Origin: Camelus dromedarius
Lineage: Eukaryota
Direction: 5' to 3'
Assembly (NCBI RefSeq): GCF_036321535.1
Contig: NC_087436.1
Location: forward strand, 83,888,001 to 83,952,000
Length of the DNA stretch: 64,000 bases
The notes below the pieces were generated by a model that was not told the DNA's origin, did no database searches, and worked only from the letters and a program-made list of their open reading frames with translations. The position numbers and the translations under genes are program-made. Of this stretch, positions 1 through 12,815 are shown piece after piece; the first letter of the stretch is position 1; each line of letters starts with the position of its first letter.

Positions 1-569
1 TGTAAAACCGCTTGCTTAATTGAAGGTTGTGAGATGAGATTAAAGCAGGGCCTTCACAGTGATTATTTTTTGTACTCACTCAGCTCTTACACAGCTAAAT
101 AAAGGGTCTGAAGTATTACACATGAAATACATGACTTTTTTTTTTTTAGTTATCCCAAATTATTTAACATATACTAATGCTAGGCTTGTGTTAGGTACTA
201 GAGAAACACAAAAATGAGCAAGACTCTATCCCTGCCTATAGAGGCTGGCATCTGCTGGGGAGAGAGGCAATTTCAGTGCCAGATTTCAACAGTAACTCAA
301 GAGGAGAAAGACTCATTCCAATATGTGCAATCAAGGAAGGCTTCCTTGGAACCATTGGAGATTTGCTGCAATGCTGGGAAGCAAAAAGCATCAGAAACAG
401 TATAAACAGCCACACAGATCATGGCACACACAAGGTGGACTCTATGAACAGCTCCAAGTTTAATGAGGAGTGAAGAGGAAAGAGAAATAGTAAAGCATCA
501 GGCATGAAAGGTGGAAATAATGTTATTTATATGTATTTATATATGTGACATTAAAACATGTATATTAAC

Positions 570-833
570 TCATTAATTCATTCATCAAAGATTTATTGAG
601 CTTTTGCTATGTCTCAGGCACTGAGAATAACATGATAAGTATACCAGTCCTTACCTTTAGGAAGTTCCTCTCTAGTGGGGGAGGCAGAAACATAAAGGGA
701 TGGTTGGAATACAAGGTAGTGAGCCCCTTTAAAGAGTGAGGCACAGGGCATCAGGGCAGCACACTGTTGGTGCAACTGAGAGAGTGGTTGCCCCCTAGGG
801 ATTCCGAGTGTACATGACAGCAAAACTGCCTTG
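570..833 (-). mobile_element. L2 LINE 3' fragment, left part (split by the L1 at 851-3451)
   Basis: ttcattcatcaaagatttattgagc...ctatgtctcaggcactg resembles the reverse complement of the L2 3' terminus; L2-like sequence resumes after 3468. Confidence 0.7.
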
Positions 834-850
834 AAAGTCAAGCAGGAATT

Positions 851-2926
851 CTGAACAAAATTATTAGCAAACTGAATCCAACAATATATGAAAAAGATCA
901 TACACCATAATCAAGATGGATTCATTCCAGGGATGCAAGGATAGTTCAATATTTGTAAATCAACCAGTGTGATATACCACATTAACAAAAGGAAGGGAAA
1001 AAAGTCCCATGAGCATCTTAATAGACACAGAAAAGGCATTTGATAAAATTCAACATTCATTCATGATAAAAGTTATCGTCAAAGTGGGTATAGAGGGAAC
1101 ATAACTCAACATAGTAAAGGCTGTATATAATAAGCCCACAACTAATGTCACACTCCACACTGAAAAGCTAAAAGTCTTTCCTTTAAATTCAGGAACAAGA
1201 CAAGGATGCCCACTTTTGCGACTTCAATTTAACACAGTATTGGCAGTCCTAGTCACAGCAATTAGAAAGAAAATGAAATAAAAGTAATAATAAAAAAAAT
1301 AAAATTTGGGTAAATTGGAAGGGGAGAAGTAAAACTGTTACTCTTTGCAGATGACATGATACTTTTTTTAGGAAACCCTAAAGTCTCCACCCAAAACTAT
1401 TAGAACTAATAAATAAATTCAGCAAAGTTGCATGATACAAGATTAATATGCAGAGTCTGCAACTTTTCTATACACTATTAATGAACTATCAGAGAGAAAG
1501 TAAAGAAAAAAAAATCCTGTTTAAAATCACATAAAAAATAATAAAATACCTAGGAATGAACTTAACCAAGGAGGTAAAAGATCTATACTCTGAAAACTAT
1601 AAAACACTGATGAAGGAAATTGAATATGATACAAAGAAATGGAAAGATTTCCTGTGCTCTTAGATTGGAAAAATTAGTATTGTTAAAATGTCCACACAAC
1701 TCAGAGAAATCTAGAAATGTCATGCAATCCTTTTCAAAATACCCATATTTTTCACAGAACTAGAACAAATAATCCTAAAACTCATGTGGAACCACGGAAG
1801 ACTGAATTGCCAAAGCAATCTTGAGAAAAAAGAAAGAAGATGGAGGTACCATGCTTTCAGATGTCAGCCTATACTACAAAGCTACAGAAGTCTGAACAGC
1901 ATATTGCTGGCATAAAAACAGACACGTAGATCAATGGAACAGAATAAAGAGTCCAGAAATAAACCCACACACCTATGGTCAATTAATCTATGACAAAGGA
2001 GGCAAGAATATACCACAGAGGAAAGACAGGCTCTTCAATAAATGGTGTTGGGTAAACTGGACAGCTATATGTAAAACAATGAAATTAGAACATTTTCTCA
2101 CACTATATACAAAAATAAACTCAAAATGGACTAAAGATCTAAATGTAAGACCAGAAACTATAAAACTCCTAAAAAAGAACAGAAGCAGAACACTCTTTAG
2201 CATAAATCACAGTAATTTATTTTTGGTTCTGTCTCTCCAAGGCTAAATAAATAAAAGCAAAAATAAACAAATGGGACCTAATTAAGCTTAAAAGTTTTTG
2301 CACAACAAAGGAAACTATCAACAAAACAAAAAGACAACCTATAGAATGGGACAAAATATTTGCCAATGATATCACCCATAAGAGGTTAATATGCAAATTG
2401 CATAAATAGCTCATACAATTCAATATCAAAAGAACCAAACAATCCAATGAAAAAATAGGCAGAAGACCTCAAAAGACATTTTTCCAAAGAAGACATATAG
2501 ATGACTAAGAGGCACATGAAAAGGTGTTCAACATCACTAATTATCAGAGAAATGCAAACCAAAACCACAATGAGGCATCACCTCATGTCAGAAAGTCTAC
2601 ATCATCAAAAAGTCAACAAAAAACAAATGTTGGTGAAGATGTGGAGAAAAGGGAACTCTTGTGCACTATTGGTGGGAATGTAAATTGATGCAGCAATCAT
2701 AGGAAAACAGTACGGAGGTTCCTCAGAAAACTAAAATAGAGCTACCATATGATCCTCCAATTCCACCATGGGTATGTATCTCTAAAAAACAAAAACACAA
2801 ATTCAAAAAGATATATGCACCCCAATGTTCACAGCAGCACTAGTTATAATAGTGAAGATATGGAAGCAACCCAAGTATTCATCAACAGATGATTGGATAA
2901 AGAAAACATGGTGTGTATGTATGTAT

Positions 2927-3005
<79 letters not shown>

Positions 3006-3451
3006 GGAACACTATTCAGCCATAAAAAGGAATGGAATTTTGCCATTTGTAGCAACGTGGATGAACTTAGAGAATATTATGCTGAGTGCAATAAGTCAGA
3101 TAGAAAAAGACAAATACTGTATGACACCACATTTATGTGGAATCTAAAAAAATAAAACAAACTAATGTGAGTAGCAAAACAGAAACAGACGTACAGATAT
3201 GGAAAACAAATGGGCCACCAGAAGGGAGAGGAAAGGGAGGAGGGTAAATTAGGGGTATGGGATTGAGACACAAACTATTATGTATAAAATAGATAAGCAG
3301 CAAGGATATATTGTACAGCACAGGGAATTATAGCCATTATCTTACAATAACTTTCAATGGAGTATAATCTGTAACAATACTGAATCATTATGCCATATAC
3401 CTGAAACTAATACAATACTGTAAATCAACTATATTTCAATAAAAAAAAAAA
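851..3451 (+). mobile_element. 5'-truncated L1 (degenerate ORF2 RT/C-terminal region, 3' UTR, poly(A)), cetartiodactyl type
   Basis: ORF2-like DNA including ctctttgcagatgacatgat (LFADDM RT motif); ORF fragments such as [14 protein letters not shown]; poly(A) at ~3441; diverged TSD aaagtcaagcaggaatt (834-850) / aaagttgagcaggagtt (3452-3468). Confidence 0.97.
2936..3003. repeat. (TA)34 microsatellite inside L1, preceded by short GT/GTAT repeats
   Basis: Directly visible uninterrupted TA run. Confidence 0.98.
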
Positions 3452-3468
3452 AAAGTTGAGCAGGAGTT

Positions 3469-4210
3469 ACCAGTGAAGGGGAGATGGCATTTCATGTGCA
3501 CGTGAACAACATGTGGACAGATGTACAGAAGTGAGAGACAGCCGGCTGGGAGAAGTGGTTGAGGGTGGGGCGGGGCTGGAACAACTGTAGTTGAGCGCAG
3601 CTGGAGCTCCAGGTGCAAGGCCGATAGTATAAAGCAGCCATCTGTCAAGAGATGAGGCCAAACAGAGAGAAAGCAAGACTGCGCTGAGCCTGGTATGGCC
3701 CTTCCCCAGGTCACAGGCAGTCAGTAAGGGCTTGACCGGGTAGGTGTGTGGAGACTGGAGGCAGAAGGACCTCTCAGAAGGTGACTACAGGAGGTTCTGA
3801 GAGAACCAGGGCAGTGGTCACAGAAATAGAGAGGAAGGGATGAATCTAGAAATACTGGAGAGGTGAGATCTCCTATGCACCATGACTGACTGGATGTGGA
3901 GGATGAGATAGCGGGAGCATCCCAGGTTTCAAGAGGAGGCAGAAAGGTAACTGGATGCTATGGTAAATGTGATGATGGATGTACTCACAGGGTACCACAG
4001 AAGTCCGTGAGGGAAGGGACCCCACCCACCTTGAAGAGAGTTCTGGAAAGCTTTGCTAAGCAGGATGACTTCTGAGCTGAGACCTGAAAGATGACGAGTT
4101 AGCCATGTGAAGGAAATAACAGATGGAAAGAGGTCACACAAGGCAAAGGAAACAGCATGCGCAGAGGCAGGAGACTGGAAACGACACATCAGAGAACCAC
4201 CAGCAGTTCA
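3469..4210 (-). mobile_element. L2 LINE fragments (continuation)
   Basis: Purine-rich L2 antisense motifs such as gagctgagacctgaaagatgacgagttagcc and ggaaacagcatgcgcagaggc. Confidence 0.6.
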
Positions 4211-4254
4211 GAGGCACTATGTCCCTTGCCTTTGGGAAACATTTCTCTGTGTGA

Positions 4255-4378
4255 GGGGTTATATTAACCTGGTTGTGAAGACTGTGTTCCTAGAGTCAGA
4301 AGATTTTGATTCAAACCCAGTTGCCAGTTATGAACGGTGTGGCCTCAGGTAAATTACTTTAACTCTACAGTGCCTGAA
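4255..4378 (+). mobile_element. MIR SINE fragment
   Basis: gattcaaacccagttgcc...tgtggcctcaggtaaattactttaactct resembles the MIR core. Confidence 0.6.
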
Positions 4379-6002
4379 GCTAATAACACAGAACACAGGG
4401 CTGGAAAGAGCATCCACCACAGGGGGCTTAGCCCTTAGAAGTGAGCTTGGCACACAGTGTCAGCAGCAGCCGCAGAGGTGGCACTAGTTAATAACAGCAG
4501 AATGACGTGTACTTTCTGGCTAGTATAACACTCACTGCCAGGTGCCCTTCCAAGTCCACTGCGCCTTTCCTCCATCCACTCCGTAATCACAGAATAACCA
4601 CAAGATCATGGTCCATAACTGGACATTGAAATTCTGAAAATGTGATGGCAACCTCAGGCTGCACTGCAAAGATCTCCGTTCTTTACCCTGCCATCCCCAA
4701 TTCACTTCTTTTTGCTTTTCTCAAATCTCACTATGTCCTTTCTCCACAACTATTCCTCAAAGAAATTACTCAAGATTCACCTGTACATAAACTGATGGGG
4801 AAAAGGCACATGAAGTAAATCAGTGTATCCAAGACCCGGCAGAGGACCAGGTATTTGGGCAGGAATCACTATGAACAAGTGGCTTGCTAGAAGGTCCACT
4901 CTTCGCCTAAATCTATAACTCTGCTGCTCTAACTGTGTAATTTCTCCTCAGTGGAAAAAAGGAATCATACGCTAGTTTTCCACGTAGACTAATCATTTTT
5001 CTAGCTTGACTTCAGCAAGTTGCTTATATTTTCAGTTCTCGCCCATTTTTTTTTTTTGCAAAGCATCTTTTTTCTTAACTTCTAGACATTTTCCTTTTTG
5101 TAGAGCTTGCTCATTCACACTAATTCTTTTTGAACAGAAGTAATACATTTTCCTTATGTATAAATACATAAAAATTAAGAGGACACAGTGCTTGAGTAGC
5201 TGTCATATTCTCTGAATGTTCTAACAAGCGCAGTGAAGGAAGGAAGTCAGGAAGAACATCAATTTGCAAAATATAAAAATGTTCATTTCAAAAGCCCAAT
5301 GTGCTTCAACAAAAGTATGCCTTTTGATGATCACCTTGTTAAAGCTGTACAGATGATAGCATCAGGTCAGTGATGCTCATTGTAACTGCTGTACAATGAT
5401 GATCCCCAACTTTTTGATTCCTCATGTTCTGTCTGGGGCTGGCCTCAGAGCAGCTTTGATAGTTCTCATTCAGGCAAATTCACCTTCCATTGGTGCCTTC
5501 CCATATTCTGTCTTTATCACATCAGATGTACTTTCTTTTCATCTGACAATCTACCTTATATTCGGAAAGCTGACTCGAAAAAAATACTATAGGTCTTTTG
5601 CCTTTTTTTCATGTTTTAAAAATGTGACTCCATTTTCAATGTATTTCCATTTCCTATGTACATCTCTTCTTATACATTAATTTCCTATATTTATTTTATT
5701 GCTTGTCATTGGTTCCAGGATTTCAGAATGAGAAGAAAACAAAAAACTCAAGGAAAAAATATCACCAAGTACTGACAAGGAAAGATGTGCTTTATCTCAC
5801 TAATGAAAGATACCTTAAATATGATAAATATCTTCGATACAGTAAAGTCACTTTTAAAAAAAATCCAACTGTTAATCTTACAAGGATTTAAAAGGTAGAA
5901 CCGTATCACAAAAATATGTACAAAACAAATGATTTTTCAAGATCTACTACTCAGTCTCAAATTCCTGAAGAATTCAGCACTGAACTCAATGCAAAACTGA
6001 AC

Positions 6003-6250
6003 TGAATTCAATAAACATTTATTGAGGACTCCTATGTGTAGAGCACCATGCTAAGTTTTGAAGGGGCTTTATAAAGATATTAAAAAGCTGGCTGATATGA
6101 TCCAAAATTAGAACATTTTAGGGCAGTTTACCCTAAAATCAGCGCTTGTGCTAGGCATGTAAAGTACTATGGAGCACAGGAGGGCAAAGTCCAGTGAACG
6201 TGAGAGTGAACTTCAAAGGCTCTTTGGAAGTGTTGGTAAAGATTTTTAAA
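6003..6250 (-). mobile_element. L2 3' fragment
   Basis: attcaataaacatttattgaggactcctatgtg is the L2 terminus in reverse complement. Confidence 0.6.
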
Positions 6251-6446
6251 AATACATACAATGTTATTTCCTTAAGCCTTGACGTTTTGGGGTTATACGT
6301 TATTAGAAGTTAGTCTACTGTGGCTAATACATCTAAACTGACTAAATTGGACTGTGTACTATCTCAAGCAGAGAGTAAAGATTTGAGTTGGGCTTTTAAA
6401 GCTCAAATTTGGGGGCAGAGCATAAGAAGGTTCAAAGATAGGAATT

Positions 6447-6599
6447 GGGGGAGGGTATAGATCAGCGGTAGAGGGCGTGCTTAGCATGCACGAGGTCCTG
6501 GGTCCAATCCCCAGTACCTCTGTTACAGAAAACAAATTTAAAAGAATAAACCTAGTTACACCCCTCCCCTCCAATTTTTTTAATTAAAAAAAAAAAAAA
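6447..6599 (+). mobile_element. tRNA-Ala-derived SINE (camelid Vic-1 type)
   Basis: Head gggggagggtatagatcagcggtagagggcgtgcttagcatgcacgaggtcctgggtccaatccccagtacctc resembles tRNA-Ala(AGC) with degenerate A/B boxes; A-rich tail; TSD aaagataggaatt (6434-6446) / aaagacaggaaatt (6597-6610). Confidence 0.9.
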
Positions 6600-7075
6600 G
6601 ACAGGAAATTATAGACCTACTGCAGTCCATTGTGCCTGGACCTTAAGAGTCTATGAAGGAGGAGAGCTGTGAGTGGTGTGTAAACGGGGTATGGGTTTGG
6701 AATATTCACTAGGAAACATAGCTCTAGGCCCAAGTCTATTATGCCAGGTTAAGAAATTAAATTTTATTCTAGAAATTATTTCAAAGTTCTATACTTGGAA
6801 AGAAGTTAAAAAAAAAAAGATTCCATTAACTAAAATGTGGAATGAAAGAGAAGAAAGAAATGCATGTGTTTAGAAATGTTCTTGAATATTAAGAAAATCA
6901 CAACAAATCCTAAAGTTAAGAAAGACTAATGGGCTGATTATATAATAATACTGATTTTTGCTGATTACTAGAAATACAGAAGATAATTTGCTTTGGTTTC
7001 AGTGTTGGGCCAGTAAACTTATATCAAATGATGACCAGAAAAAGGTGTTATCAATTCCCTTGAGAGTCCCCACAA

Positions 7076-7545
7076 TTTTTTTAAATTAACATATAGTTGA
7101 CATACAATATTATGTTAGTTCCAGGTGTACGACACAGGGATTTGACATTTGCATACACTATAAAATGATCAGAAGTCTACTAACCATCTGTTCCCAAAGT
7201 TATTACAATATTATTGACCATATTTCTTATGCTGTGTATTACATCCCTGTGGCTCATTTATTTTATAGCTGGAGGTTTGTACCTTTTAATCCCTTTAGCC
7301 TATTTCACACCCGTCAACCCCTCCCCTCTAGAGACCACCCATTTGTTCTCTGTATCTATGAGTCTGTTTTCATTTTGTTTTATTTGTTTGTTTTGGTTTT
7401 TAGAATCCCACATATAATGGAGATCATATGGTACTGGTCTTTCTCTGACTTTTTTCACTTAGCATAATACCCTCTAGATCTATCAATGTTGTTGAAAATG
7501 GCAATATCTCATTTTTCATAGCTGACTAATATTCCATTGTATATT
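7076..7545 (-). mobile_element. L1 3' end (L1MA9-like)
   Basis: Poly(T), then tagttgacatacaatattatgttagttccaggtgtac and cacttagcataataccctctag, typical of the L1 3' UTR/ORF2 end in reverse. Confidence 0.9.
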
Positions 7546-7628
7546 CAGTTGACTCTTGAACAACATGGGTTTGAACTGCTTGAGTTCACTTACATGCAGA
7601 TTTTTTTCACTAAAAAGAGTACTACACA
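7546..7628 (+). mobile_element. Tigger2-like DNA transposon left end
   Basis: cagttgactcttgaacaacatgggtttgaactgc matches my recollection of the Tigger2 terminal sequence. Confidence 0.75.
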
Positions 7629-7629
7629 A

Positions 7630-7881
7630 TCTGGGAAGGACCTCTGTGATTGGATATTCCTCCCATTTGTGGGTTGTCAGTCCAGGGATGTGAGTCCTGA
7701 CTGCACTGTGTGTCCACCCCTTCTACCTGAATTGCTATGGTTCTTTCTTTGTGTCTTTAGTTGTGAAAAAAACTTTTCTGCTAGTCTTCAGGTTGTTTTC
7801 ATACACAGTTACTCTATAAGTAGCTGTAACTTTGGTGTGACCATGGGAAGAGGTGAGTTCAGGGTCTTCCAATTCTGCCAT
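7630..7881 (-). mobile_element. L1 5' UTR terminal fragment
   Basis: Reverse complement atggcagaattggaagaccctgaactcacctcttcccatggtcacaccaaagttacagct...gaagactagcagaaaag resembles the laurasiatherian L1 5' end. Confidence 0.75.
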
Positions 7882-8724
7882 AACACATGGAATAATGTGC
7901 CGTTGAATATCAGACGCACAGGAGATCACAGAATCCTGCTCCTTGCCATGGATGGTTTTCCCCAAAGTAACTGCAGATGTCCCTAAGCCTTTTCTGCTTT
8001 CTCACTATGTCTCCTTAATTGCATACATTTTCAAAGTGGCTGATTTGAGATGAGACACAAGATGTGATTCTGGAAGAGAGGGGTTTTTTTTTGTTTTGTT
8101 TTTTTGTTTTATTTCTGTTTGAAAAGCAAACTGGCTTTCACCTGAATCAAAGCAGAGATGCTCAGCCTCTTAGATAAAAATTTAAAAAATCATCAATGTG
8201 GCACAAATAGACTTGATGATTGTTCTGTGCTGTCCTGGTTGTTTATTCAGAAGACAGTGTAAAAGTGTGCATATCAAACCAATATTCTTTTAATTTTTTC
8301 CCCTTCACTACTGATTTTCTGGGTCAACTAAGTTTATATTTTCACCGTCAGGACTGAGATTTAGGATTAATTCCATATAAAAGATATGTTCCACATTAGG
8401 ACAGAGGGAAACAGATGAGCAAGGTCTTCTTACCCTGTGTACCTTTGCTGTGATTTAACCTCGGCAGGGATGGGAGAAATTTGTTCTTTTTTCACGCAGT
8501 ACTGTCACGAGAGTTACTGAAAAACAATATGCTCCTGTCAGAATAGTACAGAGCTCTTCTTAAACTGGGATGGAACTATGTTTTACCCTTTAAAGGGAGA
8601 CGTTACACAGCAAATTTAGCCTGTGATTCCTTTTTTCCAAAAGGAACATCATATACATACAAAAATCACGAGGTCTGAGTTACATTTTTAAAAATTCCCA
8701 AAGGATACTGAAAGTGAGAATTAA

Positions 8725-10340
8725 TTTCCCATAACAATACTAATAATATCTCCTATTTTAAAGCCTATGATGTCTAAGATATTGCACGAGGTACTGTCTC
8801 TTGTTTATTCTCCACAAGCCAGCAAGGAAGGTATACTTTTCTCAATTTTAAAATGAGGAAACTGAATTTTATTCCTCATCTGCCTTGAACTCCTGGGCAT
8901 GGTTTTCACCACTGACCCCGTCTGCCTGACACTCTTCCTTGTCGACCATGTCCTTGGAAATCTCTTTGACACTTAGGATATCTAATGGTGCTGATCTAAT
9001 GGCTGTATTTCAGGCACCACTTCCCCCTCACGTTCCTGTCCTCCTCCATTTTATAACTGTGGACCTGCACGTCATGCCAGTATCCCAAACTCAACATCCA
9101 ACCCAGGATTCAACATCATTCTGCCAACACGAACTTTCCTGCCTGACAACTGTTTCTGTTCATGGCACCAATGGTCCCCCAGCCACGTTTGGCTTAAAGT
9201 CCTGGAGTGACTCTTGACAGCTTCTGCTCCCTCATTCCCTCTAATCATACAGTCAATTCCTGTCACATCTCTGCCAGGAATATTTGCAGCTTTCTTTCTG
9301 ATAACTGAGATTCAAATAACAATACTTCTCACACTTACACAGCTGTTTTAAGATATACAAAGCTTCCACAGATATTCTTTCTTATAATTTCCAAATTAAC
9401 CTCATGGATACAAAGACTGAGGCTTCAGAAACTTATGTGATTTGTCCCACAGCTTAGAAGCAGAGTTAGGATTTGATCCCAGGGCTTCTGACCCTTGCTT
9501 TCCAGGTCTGATCTTCCAACCACTGCCTTCTCCCAGTCATGCCTGAGCTGGCACAGGTGCCTCAGGCACGGTCTCTCTGCTTGGCTCCAACACCGCTTAT
9601 ATAATCACTAATGGTCCCTGTCTCATGATTACTGTCAAGTGACATCATTTTAAAACACAGACTGATCACATCACTCTCAGCTCAAAATCCTTCAGTGGCT
9701 TCCTCTCCTGAAAAATGTTCAAATTACTTAACGTGGCACTGAAGAACACCTCCAGTTTGATTTCAACAGAATTTTGGAACATTGCTTCCCACAAGCCCCC
9801 TAGACTCCAGCCAAACTGAACAACTCAGTTTCTCAAACATGCTTAAGCATTTGCCTGCCTTCCTGTGCTCAGACCACGTCTCCCTGCAGTGTGTTCTCTG
9901 CCTTTGAAAATAGTCTATCTTTTCTTTCTTTTGCTAATTATTTCCAAAACAAGGATGCATCAATATGTATCAGGGACAAGACGAGAGATGGGGGAAAACC
10001 AGTCTGTAAGACAGAAAGAATGCATTTCTCAGAGCTTAGGAACTAAGAATCTTAAAGTTCAGGACAAATGCCACAGTCTTCGCAAAATAAACCTTTCCTG
10101 ATGTTCCTGGCAGGAAGTGATAGCTTCCGCCTCTCAGCAGTCATAGTACAGTGAGAAAACCTCTATTATAGGATTTATCATAATCTGATTGAGTTACCAT
10201 CATTGAGTCACATGTCCTATCTCTCACCCGACATTGTAAGCTCCGTTTCTGACAGAGACTCTAAGTAGCTCAACATTAGCACTCACAGCACGTAGTACAG
10301 TGCTTCTCATGTTATAAGACCTCAACAATATTGCAGTAAA
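8725..10340. mobile_element. Cluster of old MIR (~8725-8870, ~9315-9500, minus) and L2 (~8880-9280, ~9640-9900, ~10090-10340, plus) fragments
   Basis: aaatgaggaaactga (MIR); tcacatcactctcagctcaaaatccttcagtggcttcc and gacattgtaagctcc (L2). Confidence 0.6.
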
Positions 10341-10719
10341 CAATTACTTTCACAGTCTGTGAACATGAGATCAGGGAGGGAGGGCGGCCCACCCCACTCA
10401 CACACAGACAGTAGACGGCACAGCAAACTCACACTACCCTCACATACATCCACCATTGGTTAAAACAACATCATTTTAGGAGACAGAATTGTCAGATGAT
10501 ATTCAGGGTCCCATGACACTTGCCTCTATCCATTTAAAGAGAGTTTTGAGATCTAAACTAACCCAAGATTTCTGGACAACGGAGCACAAATCTGTTCAGT
10601 TTGCACATTTTTCTGTGTCAATAAACAGAGAATAGGATTAGCATCTTCTCCATATGGTCTGCTTTTCTCATCTCGGAGCCAGGAGGATGCTAAACTCTGG
10701 ACCATGATTCAAAGCTAAA

Positions 10720-11417
10720 TTTATTTTTTAAGAATTAAAAAAATTCACATACAGTAATATTTACTTTTTTTGGTATACAGTTCTATGAGTTCTGACAAAT
10801 GTATAGTCATATCACCACCACCACAATCAAGATGCAAAACAGCCCTGTCATCCCCTAAAGAAGTTCCTTGGGAATTGGCTATTCTTTTATAGCCAAACTC
10901 TCCCCCCCACTCTTAACCACTCCTGGTTTTGCTTTCTCCAGAGTATCATGTAAAGATAAAAGCACAGCGCTGTTTCGGGCTGGTTTCTTTACTTGACATA
11001 ATATATTTGAAATTCATCTGCATCGTTGTGTGTATCGATCATTTGTTCCTTTCCATGGCTGGGTAGTATTCTATTGTGCAGGTATGCCACAGTTTGCTCA
11101 TTCATTTTCTAGTCGAGGGATATTTTTGGTATCTCCTGTTTTTAGTGGTTATAAATAAAGCCACTCTAAATGGGTCTTTGTGTTACCATAGGTTTTTATT
11201 TCACTTAAGTAAATAGGAGTGGAATTGCCAGGTCATATGGTAAGTGGATGTTTAACTTAATAAGTACCTGCCAAAATACTTTTCCATAGTACCTGTACAT
11301 TTTGTATTCCCAATGACACCATATGAGACATCCAGTTGCTTCACATCCCCGTCAACACTTATTATTGTCAGCTTTTTATTTTTGTTTTGTCTTTGTCATT
11401 CTAGATGTATAGTGTAG
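10720..11417 (-). mobile_element. Old L1 (L1MB/L1MC class) 3' end
   Basis: ggtatacagttctatgagttctgacaaatgtatagtc...ccaccacaatcaagat...gtggaattgccaggtcatatggtaag. Confidence 0.85.
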
Positions 11418-12815
11418 AAGAGAATTTTAAAATTCACCTTTTTAGAACCATAATATTATTAAGCCCACATTCAACACTTCCTCCTCTCTCTTCACTTGGA
11501 TCTCAGTTTTCTCTCTCCCACTAGATTACAGGTTCATTTGTGAGTAGATATGTAAATCTTAGCCATCTTTGTATATATGATGCATGGTCACCCAACCCAA
11601 GTGCAGAGATTTGCAACAACAGGCAAATAACACATGCTGCTGAAATAAATGTGTCTATATCATCAGCTTAGATCAACACACACAATGATACAACTAATGC
11701 ATCCAAAACGTAATAGAGTATTGCCTAATTTCATCAGTTGTTGTATACCAAAGGAATTTTAATGCATTTTCCTCCCTTTTCATGGATATTTCCATTTTTA
11801 TTTACTTTTGTGGGTATTTGTGTAAATTATAGATTTCTGTTTTCTTGCTTTATTAAGCAGTAAATTAGAGAATATGGTCGGGATGGTGAAATATATTCGA
11901 AATATAGCTGAGATAGATTGAGTCACAGATTTCTTGTGCCCATATGAAGACAAGATTTTTCTTCTCAGTACTTAAGAGATAATGGATTATTTACTTATAC
12001 TGTATTTTATAAAGTCGATCACTTCCTTGCATTTTAATGTGCTTTTTTTGGGTAAAAGAGAAAAAGTTGGAATGAAAAGGGGGACCCACCTGTAAACATT
12101 ATTTACCAAGTGAGTTGGGGCAAAAAAAGAGGTTGCGAGTCACTGGTAAAGACTCAAAGAATCTCAAAAATGGAGTGAGACTCGGAAGCTCTGTGGGCAA
12201 ATCTCCCAGTCTCTGCAGGAATTCTGGCTACAGCAGCTGGTTGACTGCTTCCACCATGAATAAGTTCACCACTTCATATGCATACATCCTTACAAGCAAA
12301 AGTATCTCAAAACAAAACAAAAAATAAGTAAGTAAAAGAAACATCAGGAAGGCAGCTCCTGTCTAAATGAATTTTTTGCTTTTCTGTACCATTACATTAT
12401 ACGAATCTTCTGGAGCACCTACGGAAATCTAAAAATGGAGTTTGGAATCTATTGTGGCAGAAAATATGTTCATTGTTACATCACCCAGCCATGTGCCGAG
12501 TTAATCTCATTAACTTTTATATTGCAAGATGATATATATATATACTGAAGAGACGAGCTCAGTGGCTTGAATGACATGAATCTTGGAACTTTTCAATAGA
12601 TACTCCTTTAGAAGCTTTAGTTTTTGAGTAGAAATCAACCAACGACTTATAGTTGAATATAGAAGAAAATTTGTATAAATCTATAGCAGGAAACATCTTA
12701 AACATAATCCATGATCAGACTGGATTCTGAGCCCTTCAGCAGAAAGGATTCTTGCAGAACTCAAAAACAAGGGACTATCTGATCCTAGACATTTCTCTTT
12801 CTGTTGGGCAGTTCC

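Noticed and set aside
2803..3155. YIYIYI-rich ORFs
   Set aside because: These are translations of the (TA)n microsatellite within an L1.
4468..4487. CTCF-like ...aggtggcacta
   Set aside because: Only the 3' half matches the motif; it cannot be supported without PWM scoring or ChIP data.
5396..5546. Another ATGATGA ... CTGA pair
   Set aside because: It is too long, lacks a terminal stem, and such motifs are expected by chance.
6447..6520. tRNA-Ala(AGC) gene
   Set aside because: It has extra 5' Gs, mutated A/B boxes, an A-rich tail and a TSD, so it is a SINE head.
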